Notes: a model not told the origin generated them from the sequence alone. Numbered from the stretch's first letter, positions 19,426-30,403 are shown. The stretch is 64,000 nt of DNA from an uncultured Coxiellaceae bacterium (GCA_964480845.1 CAYZRM010000001.1:6402-70401), one strand, 5' to 3'. Program-made: numbers and translations.

Positions 19426-20277
19426 ATGAGAAACAAACCGATAGTATCTGTCTTATTGGCCTCTGTGGCTGTATTGGTGGGCTGTTCCCATGAGACTTCG
19501 GGTAGTGCTCAAGGATATATAGAAGGTCGCTATACTTATATGGCGACGAGTGTTCCTGGTGTGTTGAAAAAGATATTAGTTGCGCGCGGTACGCAAGTTA
19601 AGCAAGGCCAACCATTAGCGATATTAGAAGCTCAGCCCGAAAGCGATGCTTATCAAGCCGCACTGGAAAACTACAATCAGGCATTAGCTGCCAAAGAAGC
19701 CATTAGCGCTAATCTTGAATATGCACGCTTAACATATGAGCGCAATAAAATTCTTGTTGAGAAAAAAGCAGTCCAGCAATCTATGTTGGATAGTGCCAAG
19801 GCGAATTTCAATGCATTAACGGCACAGTTGGCTCAGCAAAGCTCAAATATTGCGTCTTTAAAAGCAGCGCTTGCTCAGTCTAAATGGCAAACAGAGCAAA
19901 AAGTATTGGTGGCGCCTGTTGATAGCTTAGTCTTTGATACCTATTATCGACTAGGTGAATATACCGTTGCTAATAAACCAGTATTATCTCTACTAGCACC
20001 TGCTGATATTAAGGCTATTTTTTACGTGAATGAACCTGTGCTTGGTCACTTACGCTTAAACGAAAAAGTGAGTGTTCAATGCGATGGTTGTAAGAAGCCT
20101 TATACTGGCCGCATTAGCTTTATTTCGCCTAGTGCTGAATACACGCCACCTGTTATCTATAGCACTGAAACAAGTGAGAAGCTGGTGTATCGCATAGAAG
20201 CAGAATTTAAAAAAGAAGATGCAGTTAATTTGCATCCTGGCCAACCTGTCACAGTGACGTATCATTTCCATGGCTAA
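19426..20277 (+). CDS. HlyD-family periplasmic adaptor lipoprotein (YbhG-like)
   Basis: I prefer the internal ATG at 19426, which gives MRNKPIVSVLLASVAVLVGC, a signal peptide with a lipobox. A coiled-coil middle region and a beta-barrel C-terminus follow. The stop overlaps the next gene by 8 nt. Confidence 0.8.
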   Translation: MRNKPIVSVLLASVAVLVGCSHETSGSAQGYIEGRYTYMATSVPGVLKKILVARGTQVKQGQPLAILEAQPESDAYQAALENYNQALAAKEAISANLEYARLTYERNKILVEKKAVQQSMLDSAKANFNALTAQLAQQSSNIASLKAALAQSKWQTEQKVLVAPVDSLVFDTYYRLGEYTVANKPVLSLLAPADIKAIFYVNEPVLGHLRLNEKVSVQCDGCKKPYTGRISFISPSAEYTPPVIYSTETSEKLVYRIEAEFKKEDAVNLHPGQPVTVTYHFHG

Positions 20278-21184
20278 TGATGAATATATCATTGATGTGA
20301 AACATTTAAATAAGAGCTTTGGTGGTAAGCCAGCTGTTATTGATGTGTCTTTGAAGGTGAAAAAAGGTGAAATATTTGGCTTTTTAGGGCCTAATGGTAG
20401 TGGTAAAACCACCACCATTCGTATGCTGTGTGGCTTAATGACGCCGGACTCAGGTGAAGGCCAATGCCTAGGTTATGACATTATTAAAGACTCACGCATG
20501 ATTAAATGCTTAATGGGTTATGTGCCGCAAAAGTTCAGTCTGTATGAAGACATGACAACAAAAGAGAATCTCGAATTCGTTGCGCGTGCTTATGAAGAGC
20601 ATGACTATGCTAGGCGTGTTACGGACATCATGGCGGATTTGGGTCTAGATGCTTATAAGAATATTTTAGCCGGTCGCTTGTCAGGTGGTTGGAAGCAACG
20701 ATTATCATTAGCATCAGCCATGATACATGATCCTAAATTATTGTTATTAGACGAGCCAACCGCTGGGGTAGATCCTAAGGCAAGGCGTGATTTTTGGGAT
20801 TATATTGCCCATCTCACCACGAAAGGTATTTCATCCCTGGTCACGACGCATTATATGGATGAAGCAGAGCGCTGTAACCGCTTGGCTTATATCGTTTATG
20901 GGCACCTATTAGCCAACGGCACTATCCCTGATATTATTGCGAAGGTTGGTTTGCAAACCTGGATGGCTAGTGGGGAGGGTTTGGCTGATTTAGCAGATGA
21001 GCTCAAGCAAAGCCAAGGTGTTGACCAAGTAGTGCGTTGGGGTAATGACCTGAGAATTTCAGGATTAGATGGGGTTGCACTGGGCAGGGTGGTTGAAAAA
21101 TACACACAGTTCCATTGGCGCAAAGTGGATACCAGTATGGAAGAAGTCTTTATTCATTTAGTCGGGGAAGAACAAGCAAAGTAG
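20270..21184 (+). CDS. ABC transporter ATP-binding protein (ABC-2 subfamily)
   Basis: Walker A GPNGSGKTT, signature LSGGWKQRL, Walker B LLLLDEPTAGVD. No permease gene follows. Confidence 0.85.
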   Translation: MANDEYIIDVKHLNKSFGGKPAVIDVSLKVKKGEIFGFLGPNGSGKTTTIRMLCGLMTPDSGEGQCLGYDIIKDSRMIKCLMGYVPQKFSLYEDMTTKENLEFVARAYEEHDYARRVTDIMADLGLDAYKNILAGRLSGGWKQRLSLASAMIHDPKLLLLDEPTAGVDPKARRDFWDYIAHLTTKGISSLVTTHYMDEAERCNRLAYIVYGHLLANGTIPDIIAKVGLQTWMASGEGLADLADELKQSQGVDQVVRWGNDLRISGLDGVALGRVVEKYTQFHWRKVDTSMEEVFIHLVGEEQAK

Positions 21185-21262
21185 CATTACCCTATAAGAT
21201 GACATAACACTAAATTTAGCCCATAATGCGCCCTTCATTTACATTCATATAAAAGAATCATC

Positions 21263-22939
21263 ATGGCACAATACATTTATACTATGCAGGGTGTGAGCAA
21301 AGTTGTTCCGCCTAAACGTGAAATTTTGAAAAATATTTGGCTTTCATTTTATCCAGGCGCCAAGATTGGTGTATTGGGTTTGAATGGTGCTGGTAAATCC
21401 ACCTTGCTTAAAATTATGGCAGGTATAGATCAAGATATCCTTGGCGAAGCACGCCCATTAGCAGGCATCAAAGTAGGTTACTTATCCCAGGAGCCACAGC
21501 TAGATCCTAATAAAAACGTTAAGCAAAACGTTGAAGATGGCGTGGGCGAAGTCGTCGCTATGCTTAATCGCTTCAATGAAATTAGTGATAAATTTGCAGA
21601 TCCTGAGCTTGATGCGGATGAAATGACTAAGCTCTTAGAAGAGCAGGGTGAGTTACAGCATAAGATTGACGTAGCTGGTGCTTGGGACCTGGATCGTAAA
21701 TTAGAGATCGCTGCCGATGCCTTACGCTTACCAGCATGGGATGCTGATGTGACCAAGTTATCCGGTGGTGAACGTCGCCGAGTCGCTCTCTGTCGTTTAT
21801 TGCTCTCTAAGCCAGATATGTTGCTATTAGACGAACCTACTAACCACTTAGATGCTGAGAGTGTTGCTTGGTTAGAGCGTTTCTTACACGATTATACCGG
21901 TACTGTTGTTGCAGTTACCCACGATCGTTACTTCTTGGATAATGTTGCTGGCTGGATTTTAGAATTAGACCGTGGACAAGGTATCCCTTATGAAGGTAAT
22001 TACTCTTCATGGTTGGAGCAAAAAGATAAGCGCTTAGAGCAAGAGCAGCGTTCTGAAGATGCCCATCGTAAAGCGATGAAGGCTGAATTAGAATGGGTTA
22101 GACGTAACCAGAAAGGACAGCAAGCAAAAAACAGCGCACGTTTGAAGCGCTTTGAAGAATTATCCTCTGTGGAATTCCAAAAACGTTGTGAAACGCAAGA
22201 GCTGTATATTCCACCTGGTCCACGTTTAGGCGATATTGTTATTGAAGCAAAAAATCTAAGCAAAAAATTTGGCGACAAAGTCTTATTTGAGAATTTAAGC
22301 TTCAATATTCCTAAGGGTGCTGTTGTTGGTATTATCGGTCCTAATGGTGCAGGTAAATCGACACTGTTTAAAATTTTGAATGGCCAAGATACACCTGATA
22401 GTGGTGAGTTCCGTTTAGGTGATGCAGTTAAGCTTTCTTATGTTGATCAAAGTCGTGATAGCTTAGATGGTGATAAGACTGTTTGGGAAGAAGTATCTGG
22501 TGGTTTAGAAATCATGAATATTAATGGTTTTGAGATGCCTACCCGTGCCTATGTCGGTCGATTTAACTTTAAAGGTACAGATCAGCAGAAAGCGGTTAAA
22601 ACTTTATCTGGTGGTGAGCGTAATCGCGTGCATTTAGCTAAGTTATTAGCAAATGGTGGTAACGTATTATTATTAGACGAACCAACTAATGATATCGACG
22701 TTGAAACCTTACGTGCATTAGAAGAAGCGATTTTGAACTTCCCAGGATGTGCATTGGTTGTATCGCATGATCGTTGGTTCTTAGATCGTGTTGCAACGCA
22801 TATTTTAGCGTTTGAAGGTGATAGTAAGGTTACTTTCTTTGATGGCAATTATACTGATTACGAGAAAGATCGCGTGCGCACGTTAGGCGAGCAAGCTGTT
22901 CAGCCACATCGTATCAAGTTTAAAAAGCTAGAAGATTGA
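21263..22939 (+). CDS. ettA: Energy-dependent translational throttle protein EttA (ABC-F)
   Basis: 558 aa with two NBDs and no TM segment. The N-terminus [49 protein letters not shown] is the characteristic EttA/YjjK start. Confidence 0.92.
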   Translation: MAQYIYTMQGVSKVVPPKREILKNIWLSFYPGAKIGVLGLNGAGKSTLLKIMAGIDQDILGEARPLAGIKVGYLSQEPQLDPNKNVKQNVEDGVGEVVAMLNRFNEISDKFADPELDADEMTKLLEEQGELQHKIDVAGAWDLDRKLEIAADALRLPAWDADVTKLSGGERRRVALCRLLLSKPDMLLLDEPTNHLDAESVAWLERFLHDYTGTVVAVTHDRYFLDNVAGWILELDRGQGIPYEGNYSSWLEQKDKRLEQEQRSEDAHRKAMKAELEWVRRNQKGQQAKNSARLKRFEELSSVEFQKRCETQELYIPPGPRLGDIVIEAKNLSKKFGDKVLFENLSFNIPKGAVVGIIGPNGAGKSTLFKILNGQDTPDSGEFRLGDAVKLSYVDQSRDSLDGDKTVWEEVSGGLEIMNINGFEMPTRAYVGRFNFKGTDQQKAVKTLSGGERNRVHLAKLLANGGNVLLLDEPTNDIDVETLRALEEAILNFPGCALVVSHDRWFLDRVATHILAFEGDSKVTFFDGNYTDYEKDRVRTLGEQAVQPHRIKFKKLED

Positions 22940-22952
22940 TCTTTTTCTTGAG

Positions 22953-22990
22953 CATTTGTCGTTTCTGATGTTATTCAGAAGCGGCAAATG
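22953..22990 (+). terminator. Long hairpin after ettA
   Basis: catttgtcgtttctga-tgttat-tcagaagcggcaaatg, a 16-bp stem containing two G-U pairs, 14 nt after the stop. The T-tract is weak. Confidence 0.45.
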
Positions 22991-23132
22991 TATTCTCTGA
23001 GTTATTTGTTGTTTCCCCAAAAAAACGCATCATTTTTAGTATAAGTACTAATAAATTGAAATCATCTCTTTGTATTTCCCCTAGGAGAATTAGGTTTTTT
23101 AAAAAGAATTTAATTCTTATCTCACTGAATGA

Positions 23133-23161
23133 TTGACAAAAATATCTGAAACACTTAGCAT
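23133..23161 (+). promoter_or_regulatory. Sigma70-like promoter for the OMP gene
   Basis: TTGACA (23133..23138), a 17-nt spacer, then TAGCAT (23156..23161). It lies about 80 nt upstream of the ATG at 23243. Confidence 0.45.
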
Positions 23162-23242
23162 TTTATTCTGAAGATAGATCTCTTGATTGTTTTTCGGATG
23201 AATGAAAACTTGTCGTCATTACTTAAGGAAGGAATGTCAGGT

Positions 23243-23989
23243 ATGAAAAGATCGACGAAATTACTAGCTCTCTCATTAATCACCGCTTCAACCGTTAGCT
23301 TCGCTCACGGCCACCACAACAACTTTAAAGGCGAAACAAACTTTAAAGATGCAGTTCCATGCCCAGTTCCTGCTACCTTAAACGGTGGTTTCTATGTGGG
23401 TGCGCAAGCTGGTTATGATTCTTATCGTATTCGTGAATCATTTGGTGGTGTTAACCAAGCTGGAACAATCAATGCAAGCGGAACAACCGTTCACAATGCA
23501 ACTGGTTGGTTAGGTGGTTTGTTCTTAGGTTATGGCGATTACCTAAGCCCAGCTTTCTACCTCGGTGGTGAACTTTTTGGTAACTACAGTGGCGCTGAAG
23601 CTGCAAGACACTTTACTTCTACTACTGTTGCTACAGGTGCAACAATGAGTGGCTATGGTAAAGTAGAAGCTAAAGGCAACTATGGCTTAAGCATTATCCC
23701 AGGTTACAAAATCAACGATACCACTCTAGGTTATGTACGTTTAGGTTGGAACTGGGCTCGCATCAAGAATACAGCTACCTATAACGACTCAGCTGTTCCA
23801 GCAAACAACTACAGCTACAGCAATACCAATACCTACAATGGTTTCGCTTGGGGCTTAGGTATGGAAACCAAGTTAGTTGATAACTGGAGTGTTCGTACAG
23901 AGTACAACCACAGCTACTTCAACGACAGAAACACTATTAACCCATCTGACAACCAATTCTCCGTTGGTGTTTTATACCACTTCGTATAA
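23243..23989 (+). CDS. Outer-membrane beta-barrel protein (OmpA-like/porin-family barrel)
   Basis: The ATG at 23243 is preceded by AAGGAAGG. Signal peptide MKRSTKLLALSLITASTVSFA. Alternating aromatic beta-strand pattern with Gly/Tyr/Asn-rich loops. C-terminal ...SVGVLYHFV. Confidence 0.75.
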   Translation: MKRSTKLLALSLITASTVSFAHGHHNNFKGETNFKDAVPCPVPATLNGGFYVGAQAGYDSYRIRESFGGVNQAGTINASGTTVHNATGWLGGLFLGYGDYLSPAFYLGGELFGNYSGAEAARHFTSTTVATGATMSGYGKVEAKGNYGLSIIPGYKINDTTLGYVRLGWNWARIKNTATYNDSAVPANNYSYSNTNTYNGFAWGLGMETKLVDNWSVRTEYNHSYFNDRNTINPSDNQFSVGVLYHFV

Positions 23990-24002
23990 GACTCAGATTA
24001 AA

Positions 24003-24040
24003 GACGCGCAAGTGCTTTTGGCACCTGCGCGTTTTTTTTT
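24003..24040 (+). terminator. Rho-independent terminator of the OMP gene
   Basis: Stem acgcgcaagtgc / gcacctgcgcgt followed by T9. Confidence 0.8.
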
Positions 24041-24076
24041 GCCTAAAATAAATCTGTAAAATATAAGAAGGTTAAC

Positions 24077-25225
24077 GTGAATTTAGGTTTATTTGCATTA
24101 GCAATCGGTGGGTTTGGGATCGGTACCACAGAATTTATTGCAATGGCATTATTGCCAGATATTGCCACCAGTTTGCATATTAGTATTCCTCAAGTTGGAC
24201 ATATTATTTCTGCTTATGCGTTAGGGGTGGTAGTGGGTGCACCCATTTTAACGGCTATTGCTGGTCGCTTTTCACCTCAGCATATTTTATTTATATTAAT
24301 GGGCTTATTTACTCTATTTAATGGATTGTCAGCGCTGGCTGTTAGCTATCCAACATTAATGTTATTTCGTTTCTTAGCTGGTTTGCCACATGGTGCTTTT
24401 TTTGGCGTAGGGGCAGTTGTTGCTGCTCGTCTTGCAAGGAAAGGAAAAGAAGCATCAGCTGTTGCTGTCATGTTTAGTGGATTAACTATAGCAAATCTAT
24501 TGGGCGTACCTTTTACAACCTTTATTGGTCATCTGTGGGGGTGGCGTATTGCTTTTTGTCTAATTGCGCTGGTTGGATTAGTAACAATGGGCGCTATTTA
24601 TTGCTGGATTCCGTCAGTCAATTTGCCACCAAGCAAAGGTATTTTGAAAGACTTACAAATACTAAAACAGAAAGCGCTATGGGTGGCATTAGCTATTACT
24701 TCTATTGGCTTTAGTAGCTTTTTTGCTTGGATGAGTTATTTGGTACCCTATTTTACACAGCAAGTTGGTTTTCCCGTGAGGTCTGTGCCGTTTTTAATGG
24801 CGGTTGCAGGGGTTGGGATGGTCATTGGTAATATTATCGGGGGGCGTTTAGCTGATAGTGTGAGGCCAATTATTGCGGTTATTGGTTTAATGTTTGTTTT
24901 AACCATATTGTTAACGGTGAGCGGGTTATTTATGTTGCCTAAATTGGTCGTTATATTATTTACGTTGATGATTGGATTAGTAACAATGGCTTTAGGTCCA
25001 TCCATTCAGATGTTATTAATATCACATTCCAGAGACGCAGAGATGTTTGGCGCTTCCTTAGGGCAATCAGGTTTTAATATTGGTAATGCATTAGGCGCTT
25101 ACCTTGGCGGCATTCCGTTGTTGTATGGTTTGTCGTATGCGTCATCGCAGTGGGTGGGGGCGATATTAAGCTTTATTGGGGCACTAATAGGATGTGGTTT
25201 ATTACTTCAGCGTAGGGAGAATTAA
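24077..25225 (+). CDS. MFS transporter (DHA1, YdhP/AraJ-like)
   Basis: 382 aa with ~12 TM segments and a GTG start. N-terminus FALAIGGFGIGTTEFIAMALLPDIA...S.GHIISAYALGVVVGAPIL is typical of this MFS subgroup. Confidence 0.8.
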   Translation: MNLGLFALAIGGFGIGTTEFIAMALLPDIATSLHISIPQVGHIISAYALGVVVGAPILTAIAGRFSPQHILFILMGLFTLFNGLSALAVSYPTLMLFRFLAGLPHGAFFGVGAVVAARLARKGKEASAVAVMFSGLTIANLLGVPFTTFIGHLWGWRIAFCLIALVGLVTMGAIYCWIPSVNLPPSKGILKDLQILKQKALWVALAITSIGFSSFFAWMSYLVPYFTQQVGFPVRSVPFLMAVAGVGMVIGNIIGGRLADSVRPIIAVIGLMFVLTILLTVSGLFMLPKLVVILFTLMIGLVTMALGPSIQMLLISHSRDAEMFGASLGQSGFNIGNALGAYLGGIPLLYGLSYASSQWVGAILSFIGALIGCGLLLQRREN

Positions 25226-25229
25226 TTGT

Positions 25230-25256
25230 AGCCCGCATGTTAATGCGGGGCTTTTA
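25230..25256 (+). terminator. Terminator hairpin after the MFS gene
   Basis: agcccgcat-gtta-atgcggggct followed by TTTT. Confidence 0.55.
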
Positions 25257-25273
25257 CTAATCCCAACCCCTGG

Positions 25274-26278
25274 TTAGATATAAGTTGATGTTCGACTAAA
25301 TAAGCTGGTTTTAATAAATTGAGCAAACGCGAATAGCTTACTAAAAGCTGGTTTTTTAGTGTAGGTATATATATCAAACACTTCAACTTTTTTCATGCGT
25401 TCTACAATGTATTCATCACTGGTTTTAATTTCATCGACTAGCTTTAATGTTAAGGCTTCTTGGCCTAGCCAGTGCTCGCCTGTCGCTACTTTATCGATGT
25501 CTAAATCAGGGCGATTATCTTTAATCAAGGTTTTGAACTGATTGTGTATGTTTTCAATTTCTTCTTGCAGCTTCTCGCGACCCTCATCAGTATTATGCCC
25601 AAAGACGGTCAATGTGCGCTTAAAATCCCCAGCAGTCAGTTGTTCAAAGTCAATATGCTTGTCTTTCAATAAGCGATGAAAGTTAGGTAGCTGAATAATC
25701 ACGCCAATCGAGCCAATAATAGCAAAAGGGGCTGCTAAAATTTTATCTGCAATACATGCCATCATATAGCCACCACTAGCAGCTACTTTATCAACAGCAA
25801 CGGTAAGAGGAATGCCCGCATAACGTAGACGCATTAATTGTGCTGCAGCTAAGCCATAGCCATGTACTACACCACCAGGACTCTCTAGTTTTAGTAAGAC
25901 TTCATCGCCTTTCTGAGCAATGCCTATGATGGCTGTAATTTGTTCGCCTAATGCAGGTACGCCAGATGCTTTCATGTCACCATTAAAAGATAAAACATAC
26001 ATTTTTTTACGGGGAGTATGTTTTGCTTGGTTTTTCTCTTCTTGTTTTTTGTCTTTTAAAAATTGCTTAAACGCTTTCTTAGATAGCGTTTCTTCCAGTA
26101 ATGCTGCTTTTGTTTCGGCTGTTTTCTTGTTGAGATGTTTAATGATCAAACGACCTTTTAGTTGATCTTTGCCTTTAGCGAGTAGTGCAAAAAAGGCAAT
26201 TAGAATGACTAAAACAAGTGCAACAACAATCATGGCTTTAGCGGTAAATAAACCTAGTTGTATGAGGGCGTCTAGCAT
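25274..26278 (-). CDS. sohB: Protease SohB (peptidase S49)
   Basis: 334 aa. N-terminal TM segment, a Lys-rich linker, then an S49 ClpP-fold core with KVAASGGYMMAC (Ser nucleophile). Confidence 0.8.
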   Translation of the reverse strand: MLDALIQLGLFTAKAMIVVALVLVILIAFFALLAKGKDQLKGRLIIKHLNKKTAETKAALLEETLSKKAFKQFLKDKKQEEKNQAKHTPRKKMYVLSFNGDMKASGVPALGEQITAIIGIAQKGDEVLLKLESPGGVVHGYGLAAAQLMRLRYAGIPLTVAVDKVAASGGYMMACIADKILAAPFAIIGSIGVIIQLPNFHRLLKDKHIDFEQLTAGDFKRTLTVFGHNTDEGREKLQEEIENIHNQFKTLIKDNRPDLDIDKVATGEHWLGQEALTLKLVDEIKTSDEYIVERMKKVEVFDIYTYTKKPAFSKLFAFAQFIKTSLFSRTSTYI

Positions 26279-26279
26279 A

Positions 26280-28322
26280 TTACTTCCTACTTTGTTGGGT
26301 GGTTTTAATTAATAAGATATTTTGTTTGATGACTTCATCAGTATTGGTTGTTAAATTCATATTGATGGTACGCCATTGCCACTGTTTGCTTTCCATTTGG
26401 CTAGGAAAGACAAGCGCTGGCTCAATATCAACAACGCTAGCATTTTTCTTAAATAACCAGCTATAAGATCGGGGCACCCAGCTAACAATACCCACCCAGA
26501 GTGGCTGTTTGGTTTGTATAATGGTGCGATTGGAATCCCACAGTCTTAATACCATGAGACGCTTACCATTTTTTGTCTCAACAGCACGGGTCAAAATCAA
26601 AATAGGGCGCTTGTCGAGATATTGTGGTGAAACTAATGGTAAATACTGTGCACTTCTAATATCAGCAATTCTATGTAACGTGCTAATCCAGTCGCGAGCT
26701 GGTGGTTTTGCCCAGCCTTCTTTTAGCAGGGTGGTTTTAATTGCGTCAAATTTACCTGCCCAGGCCAAGTTGATTTGGGATGATGGGAAGCCAAATAAAC
26801 TGGCACGATAGGCAGGAAGCATATCATTTTTTTCCCACCAAGCATTCTCATTTACTTCAACAATAGGTGCATCAGCTTGAGCATAGTTGATCACCATTTG
26901 CGGCATATAGTAGTGCTGAAACAGTGTAATGCTTATCCCTAGGGATGCTATTGCTACTATCAACACGCCTAGTGGCTGGATAATTGTTTCTTCTCTACGC
27001 TGGTAAGCAATAGTAATAAACGTTAACAGAGCGGCGCTAAGCAGCCAGCCAGCTACAATATCGGTAAACCAATGAGCTCCCAAATATAATCGAGAAATAC
27101 TGACTAAAATAGCAATCGAAATTGCTATTAAATAAGCAGGCCAGCGATAACGTGGTCTAACACTTCGAGCAAGTAGAATTGCAATGCCAATATAGATGGT
27201 CGTTGCTAAGGTTGTATGGCCGCTAGGCATGGAAAATGTTTCAGGACTTTGGAATATACCCCAAGGGCGAGCTGATTGAATCAGATGCTTTAATACAAAT
27301 ACACTGCCGCCCGCTAGTATGCCTAATGCTAATAAATGCAAAGCAGTACGAGTATGTTTTTTGAATAATAGCCATGCACTGATAACGATAACCATGAATG
27401 CTAATATTTGTTTTTGACCAAATAAGCTTATGGTTAACATGATCTCATCGATATCTGGAGAGCGTATGCCGCGGAATAGATGAAAGATAGCATCATTAAC
27501 AGCAATATTGTTTGCCCCTTTCATTTTTACATAAAAGGCCAGGCCTAAAAAAATAAGGCTAGTAAATAAAAATGCTAATGCGAGGCTAAGTTGGCCGTGT
27601 GTTTTTTGAGGGTCATAATGTTTTAATAGCGTCGTTGTTGGAGCAAATAGGCGAGAGTCTTTTAACTTAACCCAAATCCAATTTTGTAATTGCTCTATTT
27701 GATGACTAACCAATTTAATTAGTTTGTAAACAAACCACAGGCATAATAAAACAAATAAGGTAATCAGTAGCATCGCCAATATAACATGGATAGCAATGTC
27801 TGGCGGTAGCTCTAAAGAAGCGGCTCCTAATAAAATGCCTGGTAGCATGTAAGCGGGCGCCCACCCAATGGCAGAGAGAATATTCGCAATATAAAATCTC
27901 AGTGGTTTCATGCCTAGCATGCCAGCTACTAATGGTACGAGGGCCCTTACCGGTCCAACAAAACGCCCAATAAATACGCTCATGCTGCCGTATTTATGGA
28001 AAAAGCGTTCTCCGCTAGCTAATAATTGAGGTCGGGTTCGGAAAGGCCAAATGTAAACAAGGCGATGTTTGAATGCATGTCCTATCCAATAGCTAATGCC
28101 GTCGCCGACAATGGCGCCAAGAATGGCCCAGATAATGGTAGGCCAAAGAGGAATGATCCCTGAGCCTGCTAGGGCGCCGATGGCCGTCATCATAATGGTA
28201 CCGGGAATGATGGTACCTAAAATGGCAACGGATTCAATAGCAGAGATCAGAAAGGTGAATAAGCCTGATAATTCAGGGTTGTTATTCAGCCATTGCAATA
28301 AAGGGCTTACTATGTCAGACAT
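26280..28322 (-). CDS. Fusion membrane protein: DedA/VTT domain + PAP2 phosphatase + ~200-aa C-terminal soluble domain
   Basis: 680 aa. DedA-like N-terminus (…GDGISYWIGH…FIGRFVGPVRALVPLVAG). PAP2 motifs KHLIQSARP, PSGHT, SRLYLGAHWFTD. The C-terminal domain may be LssY_C-like, a recollection I cannot verify. Confidence 0.7.
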   Translation of the reverse strand: MSDIVSPLLQWLNNNPELSGLFTFLISAIESVAILGTIIPGTIMMTAIGALAGSGIIPLWPTIIWAILGAIVGDGISYWIGHAFKHRLVYIWPFRTRPQLLASGERFFHKYGSMSVFIGRFVGPVRALVPLVAGMLGMKPLRFYIANILSAIGWAPAYMLPGILLGAASLELPPDIAIHVILAMLLITLFVLLCLWFVYKLIKLVSHQIEQLQNWIWVKLKDSRLFAPTTTLLKHYDPQKTHGQLSLALAFLFTSLIFLGLAFYVKMKGANNIAVNDAIFHLFRGIRSPDIDEIMLTISLFGQKQILAFMVIVISAWLLFKKHTRTALHLLALGILAGGSVFVLKHLIQSARPWGIFQSPETFSMPSGHTTLATTIYIGIAILLARSVRPRYRWPAYLIAISIAILVSISRLYLGAHWFTDIVAGWLLSAALLTFITIAYQRREETIIQPLGVLIVAIASLGISITLFQHYYMPQMVINYAQADAPIVEVNENAWWEKNDMLPAYRASLFGFPSSQINLAWAGKFDAIKTTLLKEGWAKPPARDWISTLHRIADIRSAQYLPLVSPQYLDKRPILILTRAVETKNGKRLMVLRLWDSNRTIIQTKQPLWVGIVSWVPRSYSWLFKKNASVVDIEPALVFPSQMESKQWQWRTINMNLTTNTDEVIKQNILLIKTTQQSRK

Positions 28323-28393
28323 GCTAATATCATCCTTGCTGTTACTAACTCGTGTTACACATTGGTGAAACGTTAGTGCAGATCAATCAAGGG

Positions 28394-29350
28394 TTAAGTG
28401 ACCTCTTCCCCTGATGCTTGCTTATCTGCGTGATACGAAGACCGAACTAGTGGGCCGCTAGCAATATTTTTAAAGCCTAATTCTTTCGCTAAGTCGGCAA
28501 ATTGTTTGAATTCTTCTGGTGTCACATAGCGGCTAACAGGTAAATGGAATTTACTGGGTTGTAAATATTGTCCTAATGTAATCATATCGACATCGTGCGC
28601 ACGTAAATCCCTTAGTGTTTGTTCCACCTCTTCATTGGTTTCACCTAAGCCTAGCATGATGCCAGATTTGGTTGGAATGCCAGGATATAATTTTTTAAAT
28701 TCTTGTAGTAAACGTAAAGAATGCGCGTAATCAGAGCCTGGGCGTGCTGCTTTGTAAAGTCTGGGCACGGTTTCAATATTGTGGTTGAAGACGTCAGGTA
28801 AAGATTTGCCTGTTTCTTCAAGCGCAACTTCTAAGCGACCGCGGTAATCAGGCACTAGTACTTCGATTTGAATATGCGGGCTTTTTTTGCGAATTTCATC
28901 TATGCAGGCAGTAAAGTGGCTGGCGCCGCCATCACGTAAATCATCTCTATCAACAGAGGTAATAACGACATAGCGTAGATTCATCTTGGCAATGGTGTTG
29001 CCTAAATGAATAGGCTCATTAGGATCAAGAGCATCAGGGCGTCCATGAGCAACATCACAAAAACTGCAACGTCGAGTGCATTTATCACCCATGATCATGA
29101 AGGTGGCTGTGCCTTTTGTAAAACATTCTGGTAGGTTGGGGCAGGATGCTTCTTCACAGACGGTCACTAAGTTATTCTCTCTGAGTAAATTTTTTAATTC
29201 ACTGACGGCAGGAGAGGCTGGGATGCGTACGCGTATCCAATCTGGTTTGCGTAGGGGATTCTCTGTTGGTTCAATTTTAACAGGGATTCTGGCTAATTTT
29301 TCGGCACCACGTTGCTTGGGGTGGCTAGTTTGAGTTGGCTTATTTTCCAT
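28394..29350 (-). CDS. lipA: Lipoyl synthase
   Basis: Both Cys clusters are present: [12 protein letters not shown] and the radical-SAM CTRRCSFC. Confidence 0.93.
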   Translation of the reverse strand: MENKPTQTSHPKQRGAEKLARIPVKIEPTENPLRKPDWIRVRIPASPAVSELKNLLRENNLVTVCEEASCPNLPECFTKGTATFMIMGDKCTRRCSFCDVAHGRPDALDPNEPIHLGNTIAKMNLRYVVITSVDRDDLRDGGASHFTACIDEIRKKSPHIQIEVLVPDYRGRLEVALEETGKSLPDVFNHNIETVPRLYKAARPGSDYAHSLRLLQEFKKLYPGIPTKSGIMLGLGETNEEVEQTLRDLRAHDVDMITLGQYLQPSKFHLPVSRYVTPEEFKQFADLAKELGFKNIASGPLVRSSYHADKQASGEEVT

Positions 29351-29450
29351 CAGTTTCGCTCATTATCACATATAAAAAGTGGGGGTAGTATACCTTAATT
29401 TTGGCGGGAATAAATTTTTTAGGTCACATAGTTCCTAATGTAGGAGTCAT

Positions 29451-30074
29451 TTAGGACTGGATAGGTGGCAGTAGGGTTAAAAGTTGTTTGGTAAATGCTT
29501 TTCCAGCAGATTCAACATCATTTAGCAAGCATAATTCGCTTGTTTGTGCCATTTGCAGTGCTTGAAATCCGCAAGGATTAATGCGATTAAATGGTGCTAA
29601 ATCCATGTTAATATTAAAAGCAATCCCATGGTAAGAGCATCCACGGCGAATCCTAAGCCCGATTGAGCAAATTTTACTCTCGTTAACGTACACGCCAGGC
29701 GCATCAACTTTTCCATAAGCAATGATGTTGTATTCTGCCATTACTTGTATAACGCTGTTTTCTAGTAAAGTAACTAGCTCTCTCACATTCAGTTTGCGTC
29801 TACGAAGATCGATTAGTATGTAGGCCATTAATTGGCCGGGTCCGTGATAGGTGACTTGTCCACCTCTATCGGTTTGAACAATCGGTATCTCACCGGCATT
29901 TAATATGTGTTCGGGTTTTCCATTCTGACCCTGAGTGAAAATAGGGTCGTGCTCTAGCAACCAAATCTCATCAGGTGTGTCTGCTGTGCGTTGATTGGTG
30001 AAGGTCTGCATAGCATCCCAGGTGGTTGTGTAGGGTTGCCGACCTAGCCAGCGTATCATCAAAGCGGTTGCCAT
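29451..30074 (-). CDS. lipB: Octanoyltransferase
   Basis: 207 aa. Motifs [13 protein letters not shown] and the active-site Cys region KICSIGLR. Sits in the dacA-ybeD-lipB-lipA arrangement seen here, where lipA is adjacent, unlike my recollection of E. coli. Confidence 0.9.
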   Translation of the reverse strand: MATALMIRWLGRQPYTTTWDAMQTFTNQRTADTPDEIWLLEHDPIFTQGQNGKPEHILNAGEIPIVQTDRGGQVTYHGPGQLMAYILIDLRRRKLNVRELVTLLENSVIQVMAEYNIIAYGKVDAPGVYVNESKICSIGLRIRRGCSYHGIAFNINMDLAPFNRINPCGFQALQMAQTSELCLLNDVESAGKAFTKQLLTLLPPIQS

Positions 30075-30364
30075 TAGAGTGCCATTAAAATATGTGGTGA
30101 AGAAGACAAATCGCGATAGATATTGTCTAGTTGTTCTTTAGAGGTCACATGTACAGTAATTGTTAAAGCGAGATATTTACCTTGCTTACTGGGCCGTGAT
30201 TGATAAGCATTTTCAGAAAAGTCAGGTAAGTGTTTGCGGATGATACTAAGTACAGCTATTTCAAAGTCATCAGATTGTTGGCCAACTACTTTGATAGGGA
30301 AATCACAGGGGAATTTTAATAAAGTTTCAGGTTGTTCAGGGGTATCGGTCATGATGTTCTCCAC
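30074..30364 (-). CDS. ybeD: YbeD-family protein (DUF493)
   Basis: 96 aa. Pattern [14 protein letters not shown] ... [13 protein letters not shown] ... as in E. coli YbeD. TAATG overlap with the lipB start. Confidence 0.85.
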   Translation of the reverse strand: MENIMTDTPEQPETLLKFPCDFPIKVVGQQSDDFEIAVLSIIRKHLPDFSENAYQSRPSKQGKYLALTITVHVTSKEQLDNIYRDLSSSPHILMAL

Positions 30365-30403
30365 AAAATACCCCTTCCTAGTTGCTATAGGAAGGGGGTG
30401 TCA

